A DNA stretch of 63,989 nucleotides, the filler included, from Lama guanicoe (Eukaryota): NCBI GenBank assembly GCA_013239625.1. It is 77 parts of 76 records of this genome, joined end to end, with 100 filler letters (N's around TTAATTAATTAA, not from the genome) between each part and the next. Parts side by side here need not be neighbours in the genome. Positions count along the whole stretch, not along the records: positions 12,701 to 13,569 come from MU056517.1; positions 13,670 to 14,778 come from MU056518.1; positions 14,879 to 15,671 come from MU056520.1; positions 15,772 to 16,278 come from PNXV01021272.1; positions 16,379 to 16,932 come from MU056521.1; positions 17,033 to 17,496 come from PNXV01021275.1; positions 17,597 to 18,160 come from PNXV01021278.1; positions 18,261 to 18,683 come from PNXV01021280.1; 69 more parts are not named here. The stretch is one strand, 5' to 3'. Numbering within the stretch: position 1 is the first letter of the stretch; each line of letters opens with the position of its first letter. The position numbers were made by a program, and so were the translations under genes. The notes below the pieces were generated by a model. That model was not told the origin of the DNA and did no database searches. It was given only the letters and a program-made list of their open reading frames with translations. This document shows, one piece after another, positions 12,601 through 24,052 of this stretch.

Positions 12601-13669
12601 NNNNNNNNNNNNNNNNNNNNNNNNNNNNNNNNNNNNNNNNNNNNTTAATTAATTAANNNNNNNNNNNNNNNNNNNNNNNNNNNNNNNNNNNNNNNNNNNN
12701 TAACTGCCATCCCCAATGGCTGCTGCATCTTGTCTGTGTTGGTGGAGGGGCTACATCCGAAAGAGGTTCCTAAGGTAAATGTGATTCTACCCACTAGCGT
12801 CCCATGGGGCTTTCTTCTTCCCTCTTTCCTTTTGTTCAGATCTGTATGCACAGAACCACTGGAGGGAAGTGAGTCCCTTTTCAGTTGATGGTTTCACACG
12901 TCTTTAAACTTTCTAACAGTTCACAGTACACAGAGACCCACTAAAGGAGACTTATGTTCCTATAATATCCGTACACCCGGAATACATATGCGTCGCCTGA
13001 TTTCTGCTGAAACACCCGCACTCTCAGGACATGGATCCATTGGTTTCATGGGGGCTGAAATTCCAAGAAATGAAACCANNNNNNNNNNNNNNNNNNNNNN
13101 NNNNNNNNNNNNNNNNNNNNNNNNNNNNNNNNNNNNNNNNNNNNNNNNNNNNNNNNNNNNNNNNNNNNNNNNNNNNNNNNNNNNNNTCCTTCATCCTGTT
13201 AGAAGACATACAATTTTACATCACGGGCTAGGAATCCATTTGATTAAAAATCGGCATTTGGGTAGGTCACGATATGCTCTTATGATTCAATATTTACGAA
13301 TATGAATGCACCCCTCTGATTTCCGAATACAAGTGCTCTGAGTACATGCAAGCCGCGATACTAAGTCAATGGGTGCTGAATGATCCTTGACATCACCTTG
13401 GGTATTTTCTTTTGAATAATCATGGTTCCCTTGGTAAATTTCAGCCATCCGTACCCTTTTGGTGCTTGTTGGTTGGTTTGATTCTTTGTTGGTCTGCTTC
13501 TCGCCAGTTTTGCAAACACATCAGGCTATGCATCTTTCCTTTCGCTTCAAACAGAGAGTCAAATAAGCTNNNNNNNNNNNNNNNNNNNNNNNNNNNNNNN
13601 NNNNNNNNNNNNNTTAATTAATTAANNNNNNNNNNNNNNNNNNNNNNNNNNNNNNNNNNNNNNNNNNNN

Positions 13670-14778
13670 GGTTTGGATTACTGATTTACTCATACATACT
13701 TTTGCTGTATTTAACTTTGTAATTACTTCTTGATTCAGTATTGTAAGACATATGTGTCTTGGAATGTGTCTTTTGTTCTAGGTCATTCAATTCATTGGCT
13801 AGTGGTAATTTCTTATAATGCTATGCATCTCTACAACATCAGTAGTAATATCTGCTCTTTCATTTCTAATTTTATTTGAGTCTTTAATTTCTTAGCCAAC
13901 CTAAACGTTTGTCCACTTTATGTTTAAAAGAAACAGACTTAGGTATAACGTTTTTATATTTTCAATAGTTTCTCTTATTATGTGCCATGCTCTCATTCAT
14001 TCAATTTTCTTCTTTATTCTTTCTGTTTTCTCCTAGATTCTTGATGTGTAAAGTTAAGTAGTGTGAATCTCTGTATTTCTTTTATTATTAAATATTATTT
14101 ATGTATGTATATATTAATTAATTAATTNNNNNNNNNNNNNNNNNNNNNNNNNNNNNNNNNNNNNNNNNNNNNNNNNNNNNNNNNNNNNNNNNNNNNNNNN
14201 NNNNNNNNNNNNNNNNNNNNNNNNNNNNNNNNNNNNNNNNNNNNNNNNNNNNNNNNNNNNNNNNNNNNNNNNNNNNNNNNNNNNNNNNNNNNNNNNNNNN
14301 NNNNNNNNNNNNNNNNNNNNNNNNNNNNNNNNNNNNNNNNNNNNNNNNNNNNNNNNNNNNNNNNNNNNNNNNNNNNNNNNNNNNNNNNNNNNNNNNNNNN
14401 NNNNNNNNNNNNNNNNNNNNNNNNNNNNNNNNNNNNNNNNNNNNNNNNNNNNNNNNNNNNNNNNNNNNNNNNNNNNNNNNNNNNNNNNNNNNNNNNNNNN
14501 NNNNNNNNNNNNNNNNNNNNNNNNNNNNNNNNNNNNNNNNNNNNNNNNNNNNNNNNNNNNNNAGAATATTATTTCATTGTGTAAAAAGAGAAGCATAACT
14601 TCTGTTTACTATCATCTGTTGTTGGACAGTTAGATTGCTTCCATGTTGTGACTGTTGTATTTAGCACTAAGAATATTGGGGTGCAGGTGTCTTTTTCAAA
14701 TAGGGTTCCCTTTGATATATACCAAGAAATGGGATTGCTGGATCATATGTTAAGTCTATTTTTATACTTTAAAGGAAT
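13670..14778 (-). mobile_element. L1 fragments (ORF2 endonuclease part, then 3' part after the gap)
   Basis: Antisense L1 motifs such as TGTTGGACAGTTAGATTGCTTCCATGT and GGGATTGCTGGATCATATG. Confidence 0.75.
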
Positions 14779-14878
14779 NNNNNNNNNNNNNNNNNNNNNN
14801 NNNNNNNNNNNNNNNNNNNNNNTTAATTAATTAANNNNNNNNNNNNNNNNNNNNNNNNNNNNNNNNNNNNNNNNNNNN

Positions 14879-15540
14879 AGCAAGAAATCCACAAGAACAC
14901 CTGCCATAAGCATCCACATGAATAAGATGATCACCAACTGGAATTTATTCCAGGAATGCAAGCCTGGTTCAACAGTCACAAATCAACACTGTGACCTACC
15001 CTATGAAGAGTCTAAAGAAAAGAACCCATGCAGTCACATCAATTAATACAGAAAAAGCATTAAACAAAATTCAACACCCATTCATATAAANNNNNNNNNN
15101 NNNNNNNNNNNNNNNNNNNNNNNTAGAAGGTCACTACCTCAACCTAACAAAGAACATCCGCAAAACACCCATATCCCACATCATAATGGTGAAAGAATTA
15201 ATGCTTTTCTTGGTTTGAAAACAACGTTAGAATGTCTGCTCTCTTCTGTCAGTGTGCAACTTTAGTACAGGTTCTAGTCAGTGCAGTGCGGCAAGAAAGG
15301 AAATGAAGGCACACCGACTAGAAAAGGAGAAATATAATTGTCATTATTTACAGATGACATCATTGCCTATGGAGAAACTGCAAGGAATCTGTAAGAAAAC
15401 TCATAATAAATTATAATAAATAGCTTTAGAAAGATCCCAGAATATGAGATCCATACATAAACATGAATACACAGCATTAATCATACTTCCATACACTAGC
15501 AGTGACCTGAGCAATTGAAAACCAAAGTTTAAAACATATA
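14879..15540 (+). mobile_element. Old L1 ORF2 RT fragment
   Basis: TTTATTCCAGGAATGCAAGCCTGGTTCAAC, AAAATTCAACACCCATTCAT, TTATTTACAGATGACAT (FADD-box equivalent). Confidence 0.85.
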
Positions 15541-15549
15541 TAATAGGTC

Positions 15550-15671
15550 TGAATTCAAGATGGTGCCTGAATTCACCTCCTCCCACAAACACACCAAATC
15601 TACAGCTACACGTGGAACAATATCCTCTGGAAAAGCCTGAGAAACGGTGGAGCAACCCCTTCACATCAGGC
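15550..15671 (+). mobile_element. L1 5'-UTR start of a second element
   Basis: TTCAAGATGG...CACCTCCTCCCACAAACACACCAAATCTACAGCTACACGTGGAACAAT is a typical L1M 5' end. Confidence 0.6.
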
Positions 15672-15771
15672 NNNNNNNNNNNNNNNNNNNNNNNNNNNNN
15701 NNNNNNNNNNNNNNNTTAATTAATTAANNNNNNNNNNNNNNNNNNNNNNNNNNNNNNNNNNNNNNNNNNNN

Positions 15772-16278
15772 AAAAAAAAAACCCAACAACACCCTTTATG
15801 TATGTAGATCTGGGGAATTAATACTATTAAAATGGCCATACTACCCAAAGCTATCTACAAATTCACTGCAATCCAAATCAACATACAAAAGGCAATCATT
15901 ACAGAAATAGTGGAAAGAGTTTTAAAGTTTGTGTGTAAATGCGAAAGCCACTCAGGAGCCAAAGCATTTCTTAGAAGAAAAGGAAGCGTGGAGGTATCAT
16001 GCTTCCTGACTTCAAACTATACTACAAACCCAAACTACTAAAAACAATATGGTACTGTCAAAAAAAACAGTCACATGGACAAATGGAATAGGAGATGCCA
16101 GAGTTAAATCCGGAGGCTACATATGGTCAACTAATATTAGACAAGAAAACCCAGAACACACAATGAGGCAAGATAGTCACTCAACAAAGGTGCAGGGGAA
16201 AACTACACAAATGCATGCAATAAAAATACTGAACGCCTGTCCCACACCATTCGCAAACAATTAACTCAAAATGGATTA
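15772..16278 (+). mobile_element. L1 ORF2 fragment
   Basis: Translation MAILPKAIYKFTAI. Confidence 0.88.
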
Positions 16279-16447
16279 NNNNNNNNNNNNNNNNNNNNNN
16301 NNNNNNNNNNNNNNNNNNNNNNTTAATTAATTAANNNNNNNNNNNNNNNNNNNNNNNNNNNNNNNNNNNNNNNNNNNNACTAGATTTGTTTCAGAAGTCA
16401 TTTCCTACTCTAGGGTCCCAAAGATGCTTCCAAATTTTCTTGTGTCT

Positions 16448-16932
16448 GAAAAAATGCTCAATATCACCAATTATCAGAGAAATGCAAATCAAAACTACAA
16501 TGAGGTATCACCTCACACCAGTCAGAATGGCCATCTTTCAAAAGTCCACAAATGACAAATGCTGGAGAGGCTGTGGAGGAAAGGGAACCCTCCTACACTG
16601 CTGGTGGGAATGCAGTTTGGTGCAGCCANNNNNNNNNNNNNNNNNNNNNNNNNNNNNNNGACTAGGAATTACGATATGACCCAGGAATCCCACTCCTGGG
16701 CATATATCCAGAAGGAACCCTATTTCAGGATGACACCTGCACCCCAATGTTCATAGCAGCACTATTTTCAATAGCCAAGACATGGAAACAGCCTAAATGT
16801 CCATCAACAGAGACTGGAGAAAGAAGAGGTGGTATTATTTATACAATGGAATACTACTGAGCCATAAAAGGTGACAACATAACGCCATTTGCAGCAACAT
16901 GGATGCTCCTGGAGAATGCATTCTAAGTGAAG
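16448..16932 (+). mobile_element. Younger L1 ORF2 C-terminal fragment
   Basis: [39 protein letters not shown] (L1 ORF2 Cys-rich domain). Confidence 0.95.
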
Positions 16933-17032
16933 NNNNNNNNNNNNNNNNNNNNNNNNNNNNNNNNNNNNNNNNNNNNTTAATTAATTAANNNNNNNNNNNN
17001 NNNNNNNNNNNNNNNNNNNNNNNNNNNNNNNN

Positions 17033-17496
17033 GCCTTGGTACCAGCAGTGGCCCTATGTGCTCATACCCTCCTCGGGGAGTTCAGATGAATTTGGGTGAA
17101 TCTCTCCTGGTTCTCGGATCTCCCATATTGGTTGATAATCCTGAGTTTTATTAGGTGGTGTATCCAGGTACCTGGCCCTCCAGTTGAAAGATACTGGGGG
17201 GAATTACCCACCCAGTGGAGACATACTGGGTGGGGCCTGGTTACGGGAAATACCCACCTTGAGGAGACGTCCGTGGTGTGGCTGGTTGTAAGACACCTAG
17301 AAAATACCCAGTGGAGACATCCCGAGTGGGTCCATGTTGAAAGACACTGGGGTCAGCACTGAGTGTTTAGTTAAGAAGCTGGTCTAATGCTTTCATCAAT
17401 TTGGTTAACTCCATTGAATTTTTCAGGATAAAAGTAAAATTCTTATGAGGAACATTTCAACCCCCAAAATGGGACCCTCCTCCTGGCTGGTAACAG
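17033..17496 (+). mobile_element. Possible ERV1 internal leader region
   Basis: Short internal repeats (ACCCAGTGGAGACAT twice; GTTGAAAGA(T/C)ACTGGGG twice) of the kind seen in ERV leaders. No diagnostic ORF. Confidence 0.3.
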
Positions 17497-17596
17497 NNNN
17501 NNNNNNNNNNNNNNNNNNNNNNNNNNNNNNNNNNNNNNNNTTAATTAATTAANNNNNNNNNNNNNNNNNNNNNNNNNNNNNNNNNNNNNNNNNNNN

Positions 17597-18160
17597 AGAA
17601 ATTAGAATACAGATACAGAATAATGAATATAGAATTTCGAATATACAATGTAGAACACAGACTATAGAATATAGAAAAAAGAAAATTGAACTCAGAATTT
17701 AGAACATGGAATGCAGAACACAGAATTTAGAGTATACAATACATTATACTGTATATACAATTTAGAATATGGAATGTAGAACACAGAATATAGAATATAG
17801 AATATGGAATACTGAGTATACAAATTAGAATATAGAATGTAGAACACAGAATCTAGAATAAATTATAAGGAATGCATATTATAGATTGCAGAACACAGGA
17901 TATAGGATAAGGGAAACAGAATACAGAACCCAGAATTTAGCACATGGAATGCAGAACACAGAATTTAGAGTATAGAATACAGAATACTGAATAAAGAATT
18001 TAGAATTAAGAATGTAAAACACAGAATTTAGAATATAGATTAACGAATGCAGAATATAGAATTCAGAATACAGAATGAAGAACAACAGAATATTGAACAG
18101 AGAATATAGAGCACAGACTTTAGAACATGGAATGCAGAACACAGAATTTAGAATATAGAA
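17597..18160 (-). repeat. Heptamer-periodic AT-rich satellite (reverse orientation)
   Basis: GAATATA/GAACACA/GAATTTA words. Confidence 0.93.
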
Positions 18161-18289
18161 NNNNNNNNNNNNNNNNNNNNNNNNNNNNNNNNNNNNNNNN
18201 NNNNTTAATTAATTAANNNNNNNNNNNNNNNNNNNNNNNNNNNNNNNNNNNNNNNNNNNNAAAAAATGATTTCTTACAACCTCCAGTTT

Positions 18290-18535
18290 CATTTCTTTTT
18301 TGTCTGTTTTTGTTTTGTTTTGATTTGTTTTTTATTGAGCTATAGTCAGTTTACAATGCTGTGTCAGTTTCTGGTGTACAGCACAATGTTTCAGTCATAC
18401 ATGAACACACACATATTCATTCTCTTATTCTTTTTCACCGTGAACTACTACAAGATATTGAATATACTTCCCTGTGCTGTACAGTATAAACATTTTTTCT
18501 ATTTTATGTATGCCAGTCAGCATCTCCAAATCTAT
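18290..18535 (-). mobile_element. L1 3' UTR and tail, cetartiodactyl/camelid type
   Basis: T-rich tail followed by TATAGTCAGTTTACAATG..TTTCTGGTGTACAGCA..CTACAAGATATTGAATATACTTCCCTGTGCTGTACAG. Confidence 0.85.
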
Positions 18536-18977
18536 CGAACTCCCAGTTTCCCAATTTTCAAACACCTCCCCCAGTTTCATTTCTATATACCTCTATTTAT
18601 CCTCAAGAATTAACTGACATATGTTGTTCACTTGTTCTAGGTAAAAATTCCATCCTTTACAGTTTGTATTCTGGCCTAAACATNNNNNNNNNNNNNNNNN
18701 NNNNNNNNNNNNNNNNNNNNNNNNNNNTTAATTAATTAANNNNNNNNNNNNNNNNNNNNNNNNNNNNNNNNNNNNNNNNNNNNCTGACATTAACCACCGA
18801 AGAATTAGTCACAAAATTTACTTTTCAGTTAAAGATTATAGATAAATTTGCCCGTCATTTAAAGCATTTTTTCACAAAATCTAGTCACTTAAATCTGTCA
18901 GGTCAAGTGTCCTGGAGGAGAAAAAGACTTAGTGAGTTAATAGTTTATGTGGGGGTGACTGTGATTTGCATTCAAAG

Positions 18978-19075
18978 CAAGAGTTAGTAATGAGCAGAAA
19001 GAGGGGAGCTCTCTCACTGACACCAAGTCGGATGGCAAAGAGGATCATCCAGAGCGAATTTCCCAGCTCTTTCAG
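18978..19075 (+). other. Candidate isolated coding exon, unidentified
   Basis: AG and GT flank a 98-bp open frame reading RVSNEQKEGSSLTDTKSDGKEDHPERISQLFQ. The acceptor is weak and I do not recognise the protein. Confidence 0.2.
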
Positions 19076-20597
19076 GTAGAGAATTGCTTTCATATCTTGC
19101 TTGCCTTTAATACATTTGATCATAGGGTCTGAGAATACACTTTGCCAACCAGACATATCTTCTAATTATGATCCTTCCCCTCTCAGCCTTTCAAGTCAGA
19201 GGAGGCATAAATGAGCCTGGAGAAGGGTGATGGGTGGGCTTTATGTCTGAGATAGTTGATGGCCTTTTGGTGGGAAACTCTGTTAGAATATAGAAAGGGT
19301 CCTTTCTAAAAGGAAAAGTTAAAAAANNNNNNNNNNNNNNNNNNNNNNNNNNNNNNNNNNNNNNNNNNNNNNNNNNNNNNNNNNNNNNNNNNNNNNNNNN
19401 NNNNNNNNNNNNNNNNNNNNNNNNNNNNNNNNNNNNNNNNNNNNNNNNNNNNNNNNNNNNNNNNNNNNNNNNNNNNNNATAAATTTAAACATAATGATAT
19501 GTAGAAATTAATAGGACATGTTAATACATTAAATTTTATACAATGCTTAAACATTTACAGAACAACTATAANNNNNNNNNNNNNNNNNNNNNNNNNNNNN
19601 NNNNNNNNNNNNNNNTTAATTAATTAANNNNNNNNNNNNNNNNNNNNNNNNNNNNNNNNNNNNNNNNNNNNAGCCTGTACTCTAGATCTGTGCTTCAGTT
19701 TTGAATTTTGAGCTTCTTAGGGAACACCTACTCTTAGCTCATATGTCAGACTCAACATGTCTAAAGCTGATTTCATAATCTTTCTTCTTGCAGCGTCTCC
19801 ACTTATTCAGTGGGATAATCATTCTTCCGGTCTTAAATACCCAAAGGCTTGGAGTGGTCTTTGATTTATCTTTTTCTCACCACCCTCCATATTTTGTCAG
19901 CTTCTTGAACTGTATGTTTTTGGTTTCAAGTGTCTATTCTGATTGCTGATACTCTGATGAAGAGCTTTCACCATCCCTGAGAATTTTTCCTTCTGTTGAA
20001 TTCTTGGATATTCTCTCCCCCCCTTTCAGTCAACCTACAGTTTGGACCCTCCAACATGTAGAGTCAAGTCAAAGGCTTACCACGACCAGATCTCAGCCAG
20101 GTAGTCTCGACACCCCATCATTTTGGACTTACCTTATGTGTTCCAATCATTATGTGACTTAGCCTCCTAGGGTAACCTGTGCCTTATTAAAAACCAGGAG
20201 CCACCAGCCTTTTCCTATCCAGACCTCAGTTAACACAGCTTAGAATTGCCCTGAGAACTAGTTGAAGCCCCATCCCCTTCATAGATTCTTCCTTATTTAC
20301 TCCAAATACTTCTAGCTCCTCTTTGTATTCCTGCACTGTTTATGATCGGTAGCCTGTAGTCTTGGCTTTGAGTACTGACTTGGTACCATTCCCGGGTGTT
20401 TTCCAATGTGTCTCCTCACTTAGCTGGTAACTGGAGAAGACTNNNNNNNNNNNNNNNNNNNNNNNNNNNNNNNNNNNNNNNNNNNNTTAATTAATTAANN
20501 NNNNNNNNNNNNNNNNNNNNNNNNNNNNNNNNNNNNNNNNNNTATAACTTCCCTTATATTACCCCTACAATTTAGCTTTAAAAATTTCAATTATCTC

Positions 20598-20688
20598 GGA
20601 GTTCAAAGTTTGTAGATACTGGGAGGCATATGTAGAATAGATAAACAAGATTATACTGTACAGCACAGGGAAATATATACAAGATCTG
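20598..20688 (+). mobile_element. Short L1 3' UTR fragment
   Basis: GGAGTTCAAAGTTTGTAGATAC...TATACTGTACAGCACAGGGAAATATATACAAGATCT. Confidence 0.7.
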
Positions 20689-21085
20689 ATTGTCCAACTT
20701 GTGTTTCATTTTCTCAAACGTCACTTTTCCTGGTGCTAATCATCTAATCCAGGATAAGGCAATAATAAAAGCAAATCCTTTGTTTCATGAATAGATAAGA
20801 ACACTTTCTTAACACAACTGTAGGACTCACTTGCTTGGAAATTCAAATCTCCTTAAGTCTAAATTACTCAAATTCAGCCATCTCTGGTTCCTGTAGTAAC
20901 AGCTCATTTCTGAAGACATAAGTATTTTCTACTTGTTTTAATCTGAAGATTAAATGCTCAAGCCAGGCAGTTGTAGTCCTTCAGTGCACCTCCTATAACA
21001 CTGGACCACGTGAATGGGTCTCTGAGACCAGGAAATGCAAGCTAAAGAATCCTTTTCAGTGAAAATAAGCAGTAAACCACCCTCA

Positions 21086-21122
<37 letters not shown>

Positions 21123-22452
21123 TCATGGCAAAATGAAAATGTAAAGCAAAAGTGAAATTCTAAGTTAAGATTAAATGAATCATTTCTTTAAACAAAGAAA
21201 ATAGATTGTTGGTGAGCTCCACAGCTTCAGAGGCACTGTTTAGCTTCTAAACCAGGAACATCCCATCAACTTTGTTAGAAGAAAAGCACACTGATCAAGG
21301 CAGGTAAGGGTCCACTTGGTAGACTTGCATTGCTGCCACCCCACATNNNNNNNNNNNNNNNNNNNNNNNNNNNNNNNNNNNNNNNNNNNNTTAATTAATT
21401 AANNNNNNNNNNNNNNNNNNNNNNNNNNNNNNNNNNNNNNNNNNNNAATTAATGATACTTATTAGGCTAATAGTCCCCACTGTCAGCTGAATCTGCAAAA
21501 TTGCAATGCAGAAGCATCGAAAGAGTTCTTCAAGGGCTTTCAACGGTAGTTACATCTATGAAAGTGGATGAGATTGCTTTGTTTTGTTTTATTAAAAGGA
21601 ATAATAACACTTCCTAACACTGGCTAATGAGTTCATTTTTCTCTTCTGCCAACTTCTGCATTGAGTGCACTTAGTAAAATTTCATCTATTGCCTATACTT
21701 GATTCTTTCTAAGAAAAATGGAAATAATTGGAATTAGGCAATGTAATCACCATAATAATTGTAATATATTAGAATTACCTAGTTCCCAGCACTCCATATT
21801 ATGCCATACATTCTCAATAGTCTTACCTTGCACTAAACCATATCAGACATCACCATTCTTTTTCAATATAATAGAAAACGATAAACTTGCATGTTTTATG
21901 AATATGCTACATGTGTTAAGGACTTACGTTTTAATCATCGGTGTGTTGCGTTAACTGCAAATAGTATAATCCACTTGCCTTTCCTGATGAAAAGTTGGCT
22001 CCTAACTTCATTGTTATCTAAGCAAGAAAGCCAAATGTTGTAGCCACTGACAGTTGTGTCTAACTGTGCAAGNNNNNNNNNNNNNNNNNNNNNNNNNNNN
22101 NNNNNNNNNNNNNNNNTTAATTAATTAANNNNNNNNNNNNNNNNNNNNNNNNNNNNNNNNNNNNNNNNNNNNCTCCTAGGTTGTATTCTTCAATTTTTAA
22201 AAGTTTAGATTGATCCTATTACTCTTTGAACTATCACATTACATGAGTACTAGTATAAGGGTGATTCCACTTTCATTTCATAATTCAGATTTAATTCACT
22301 TGACATTGATGATAAGTATTTTAAAGTTCAGCTTTTTTTCCACACTTAAAATTGCTCTCTGAATCACTGACTCAAAACTAAAGGGAACAAATAGACTGTA
22401 ATTACTCAGGTTGTAAGTATTTTTAAAATTGTGTCCTTTTAATTTGCTGTAG

Positions 22453-22582
22453 GCACAAGCAGCATCTCAGGAAGACTTGCTCAGAGAGTGTAAACGCGCT
22501 TCAGTCAGTCAGATGGAACGCAGAGTTCAAGACCTGGAAACGGAACTGAGAAGGAAAACTTCTCAGTTTGATTGTAATGAAA
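22453..22582 (+). CDS. ANKRD26-family C-terminal coiled-coil exon (partial, cut by contig end)
   Basis: After a TTTGCTGTAG acceptor the frame reads AQAASQEDLLRECKRASVSQMERRVQDLETELRRKTSQFDCNE. This aligns by eye with ANKRD26 AQAASQENLEQFRENN..SQMELRIKDLESELSKIKTSQ (recalled). No stop in the visible part; paralog identity unknown. Confidence 0.8.
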
Positions 22583-22682
22583 NNNNNNNNNNNNNNNNNN
22601 NNNNNNNNNNNNNNNNNNNNNNNNNNTTAATTAATTAANNNNNNNNNNNNNNNNNNNNNNNNNNNNNNNNNNNNNNNNNNNN

Positions 22683-23278
22683 CCGGAACAATTGTCAGTG
22701 CGTGGGGGAGCTCGAGACACAACTCCACGAATATCCCTTCAGTCACAGGATTTCCCAGTTAGACGGAAGTCCGAGAAATAACTTCCCTGACCTTGGGGAG
22801 GCAGCGGCTGACACTGGGCATGGCAGCGCAGAACCCCTCATTCCCTGGCAGCCAGACATAAGGAAAACCCTCAGGGGAGACTTGCTAAAGCATTCCGTTA
22901 GAATCCACGCGCTGCCGAATATTGGTGGAACCTTCCCACCCTCAGGATTCAAGAACCATTGTCTCAGCTTGGGGAGCTCGAGAGTCAACTCCACGCAGCT
23001 CTCTTCCGTCACAGTTGTTCCCTGCTAGGGGGAAGTCCGAGAAATACCTTTCCTACCCTTGGGGAGGCAACCGCTGACACTGGACATGCCAGCGAAGACC
23101 CCCATCATTTCCTGGCAGGCCGACATTTGGAAAACCCTCAGGGGAGACTAGCTTAGGCATTCCTTTAAAACCAACGCGCTGCGGACCGTTGGAGGAACCT
23201 CCCCCGCTCAGGATTCTGGAACCATAATAAGTGCGTGGGGGAGCTCGAGAGACAATTCCACGCAACTCTCTTCAGTCA
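22683..23278 (+). repeat. 267-bp satellite, more diverged subfamily (about 2.2 monomers)
   Basis: GGGGAGCTCGAGA recurs at ~267-bp spacing. Variant segment GCTGACACTGG(G/A)CATG(G/C)CAGCG. Confidence 0.92.
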
Positions 23279-23679
23279 NNNNNNNNNNNNNNNNNNNNNN
23301 NNNNNNNNNNNNNNNNNNNNNNTTAATTAATTAANNNNNNNNNNNNNNNNNNNNNNNNNNNNNNNNNNNNNNNNNNNNACCACGGCCTGCCTCCGGGGTT
23401 CCATTCTTGCCCTGACTCTAGAATTACAAGGAATTCTTGTAATTTAGGCATTCCTTTTATTTCCTGTCTTTTCATTTTCTCTGACTTTTATGGAGGCTAG
23501 CAAGACCGGGAGTAAAGACTGGATTCTATAACTTCTTGTGGTTCTCCTGTTCTTTCGTTTAACAAGAACTTTTTGAAAAGCAATATGTACCCGAGAAGTG
23601 AGAGCTGAGGGTACAGTGGTCAGCATCAACATGTAAATGTAAACCGTAGTGGAGCTGAAAGTCCAGAGAAGAGTCACAC

Positions 23680-23952
23680 GAAAAGATGCTAAATATCTTT
23701 AGTCATTAGGGGAAAGCAAAATAAAAGGGAAAGACCTAGCACTACGTACCCCCTAGAAAAGGTTGAAAACTGCCCCCCCCCCTACTACTAAAGAAAAACT
23801 GAAAATGAAAATGCTGGGGGCACATGGGACTCCCATACGTTGCTGGTGAGAATGAAGAAACAGCACAGCCGCTTTGACAAAAGGCACAGCAGTTTTTAAA
23901 AATATTAAACATACCCTTGCTATATGACCCGTCAAGCCCAGCCCTAGATATT
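23680..23952 (+). mobile_element. Old L1 ORF2 3' fragment
   Basis: AAAAGATGCT..TTAGTCATTAGGGGAAAGCAAA, TTGCTGGTGAGAATG, GCAGTTTTTAAAAATATTAAACATA..TATGACCC. Confidence 0.7.
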
Positions 23953-24052
23953 NNNNNNNNNNNNNNNNNNNNNNNNNNNNNNNNNNNNNNNNNNNNTTAA
24001 TTAATTAANNNNNNNNNNNNNNNNNNNNNNNNNNNNNNNNNNNNNNNNNNNN

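Noticed and set aside
12701..12775. IQ-motif-like peptide CWWRGYIRKRFL before a possible donor AG|GTAAAT
   Set aside because: An in-frame stop lies just upstream, the IQ residues are absent and no acceptor is visible. Too weak to call.
14114..14127. TTAATTAATTAATT next to a gap, resembling the linker
   Set aside because: It has no preceding N run and sits in an AT-rich simple-repeat tail in front of an antisense L1 3' region. Most likely a natural (TTAA)n microsatellite.
16379..16447. Possible second 5'-inverted L1
   Set aside because: The antisense part looks much more degenerate than the sense L1, so a young insertion into an older antisense L1 is more likely.
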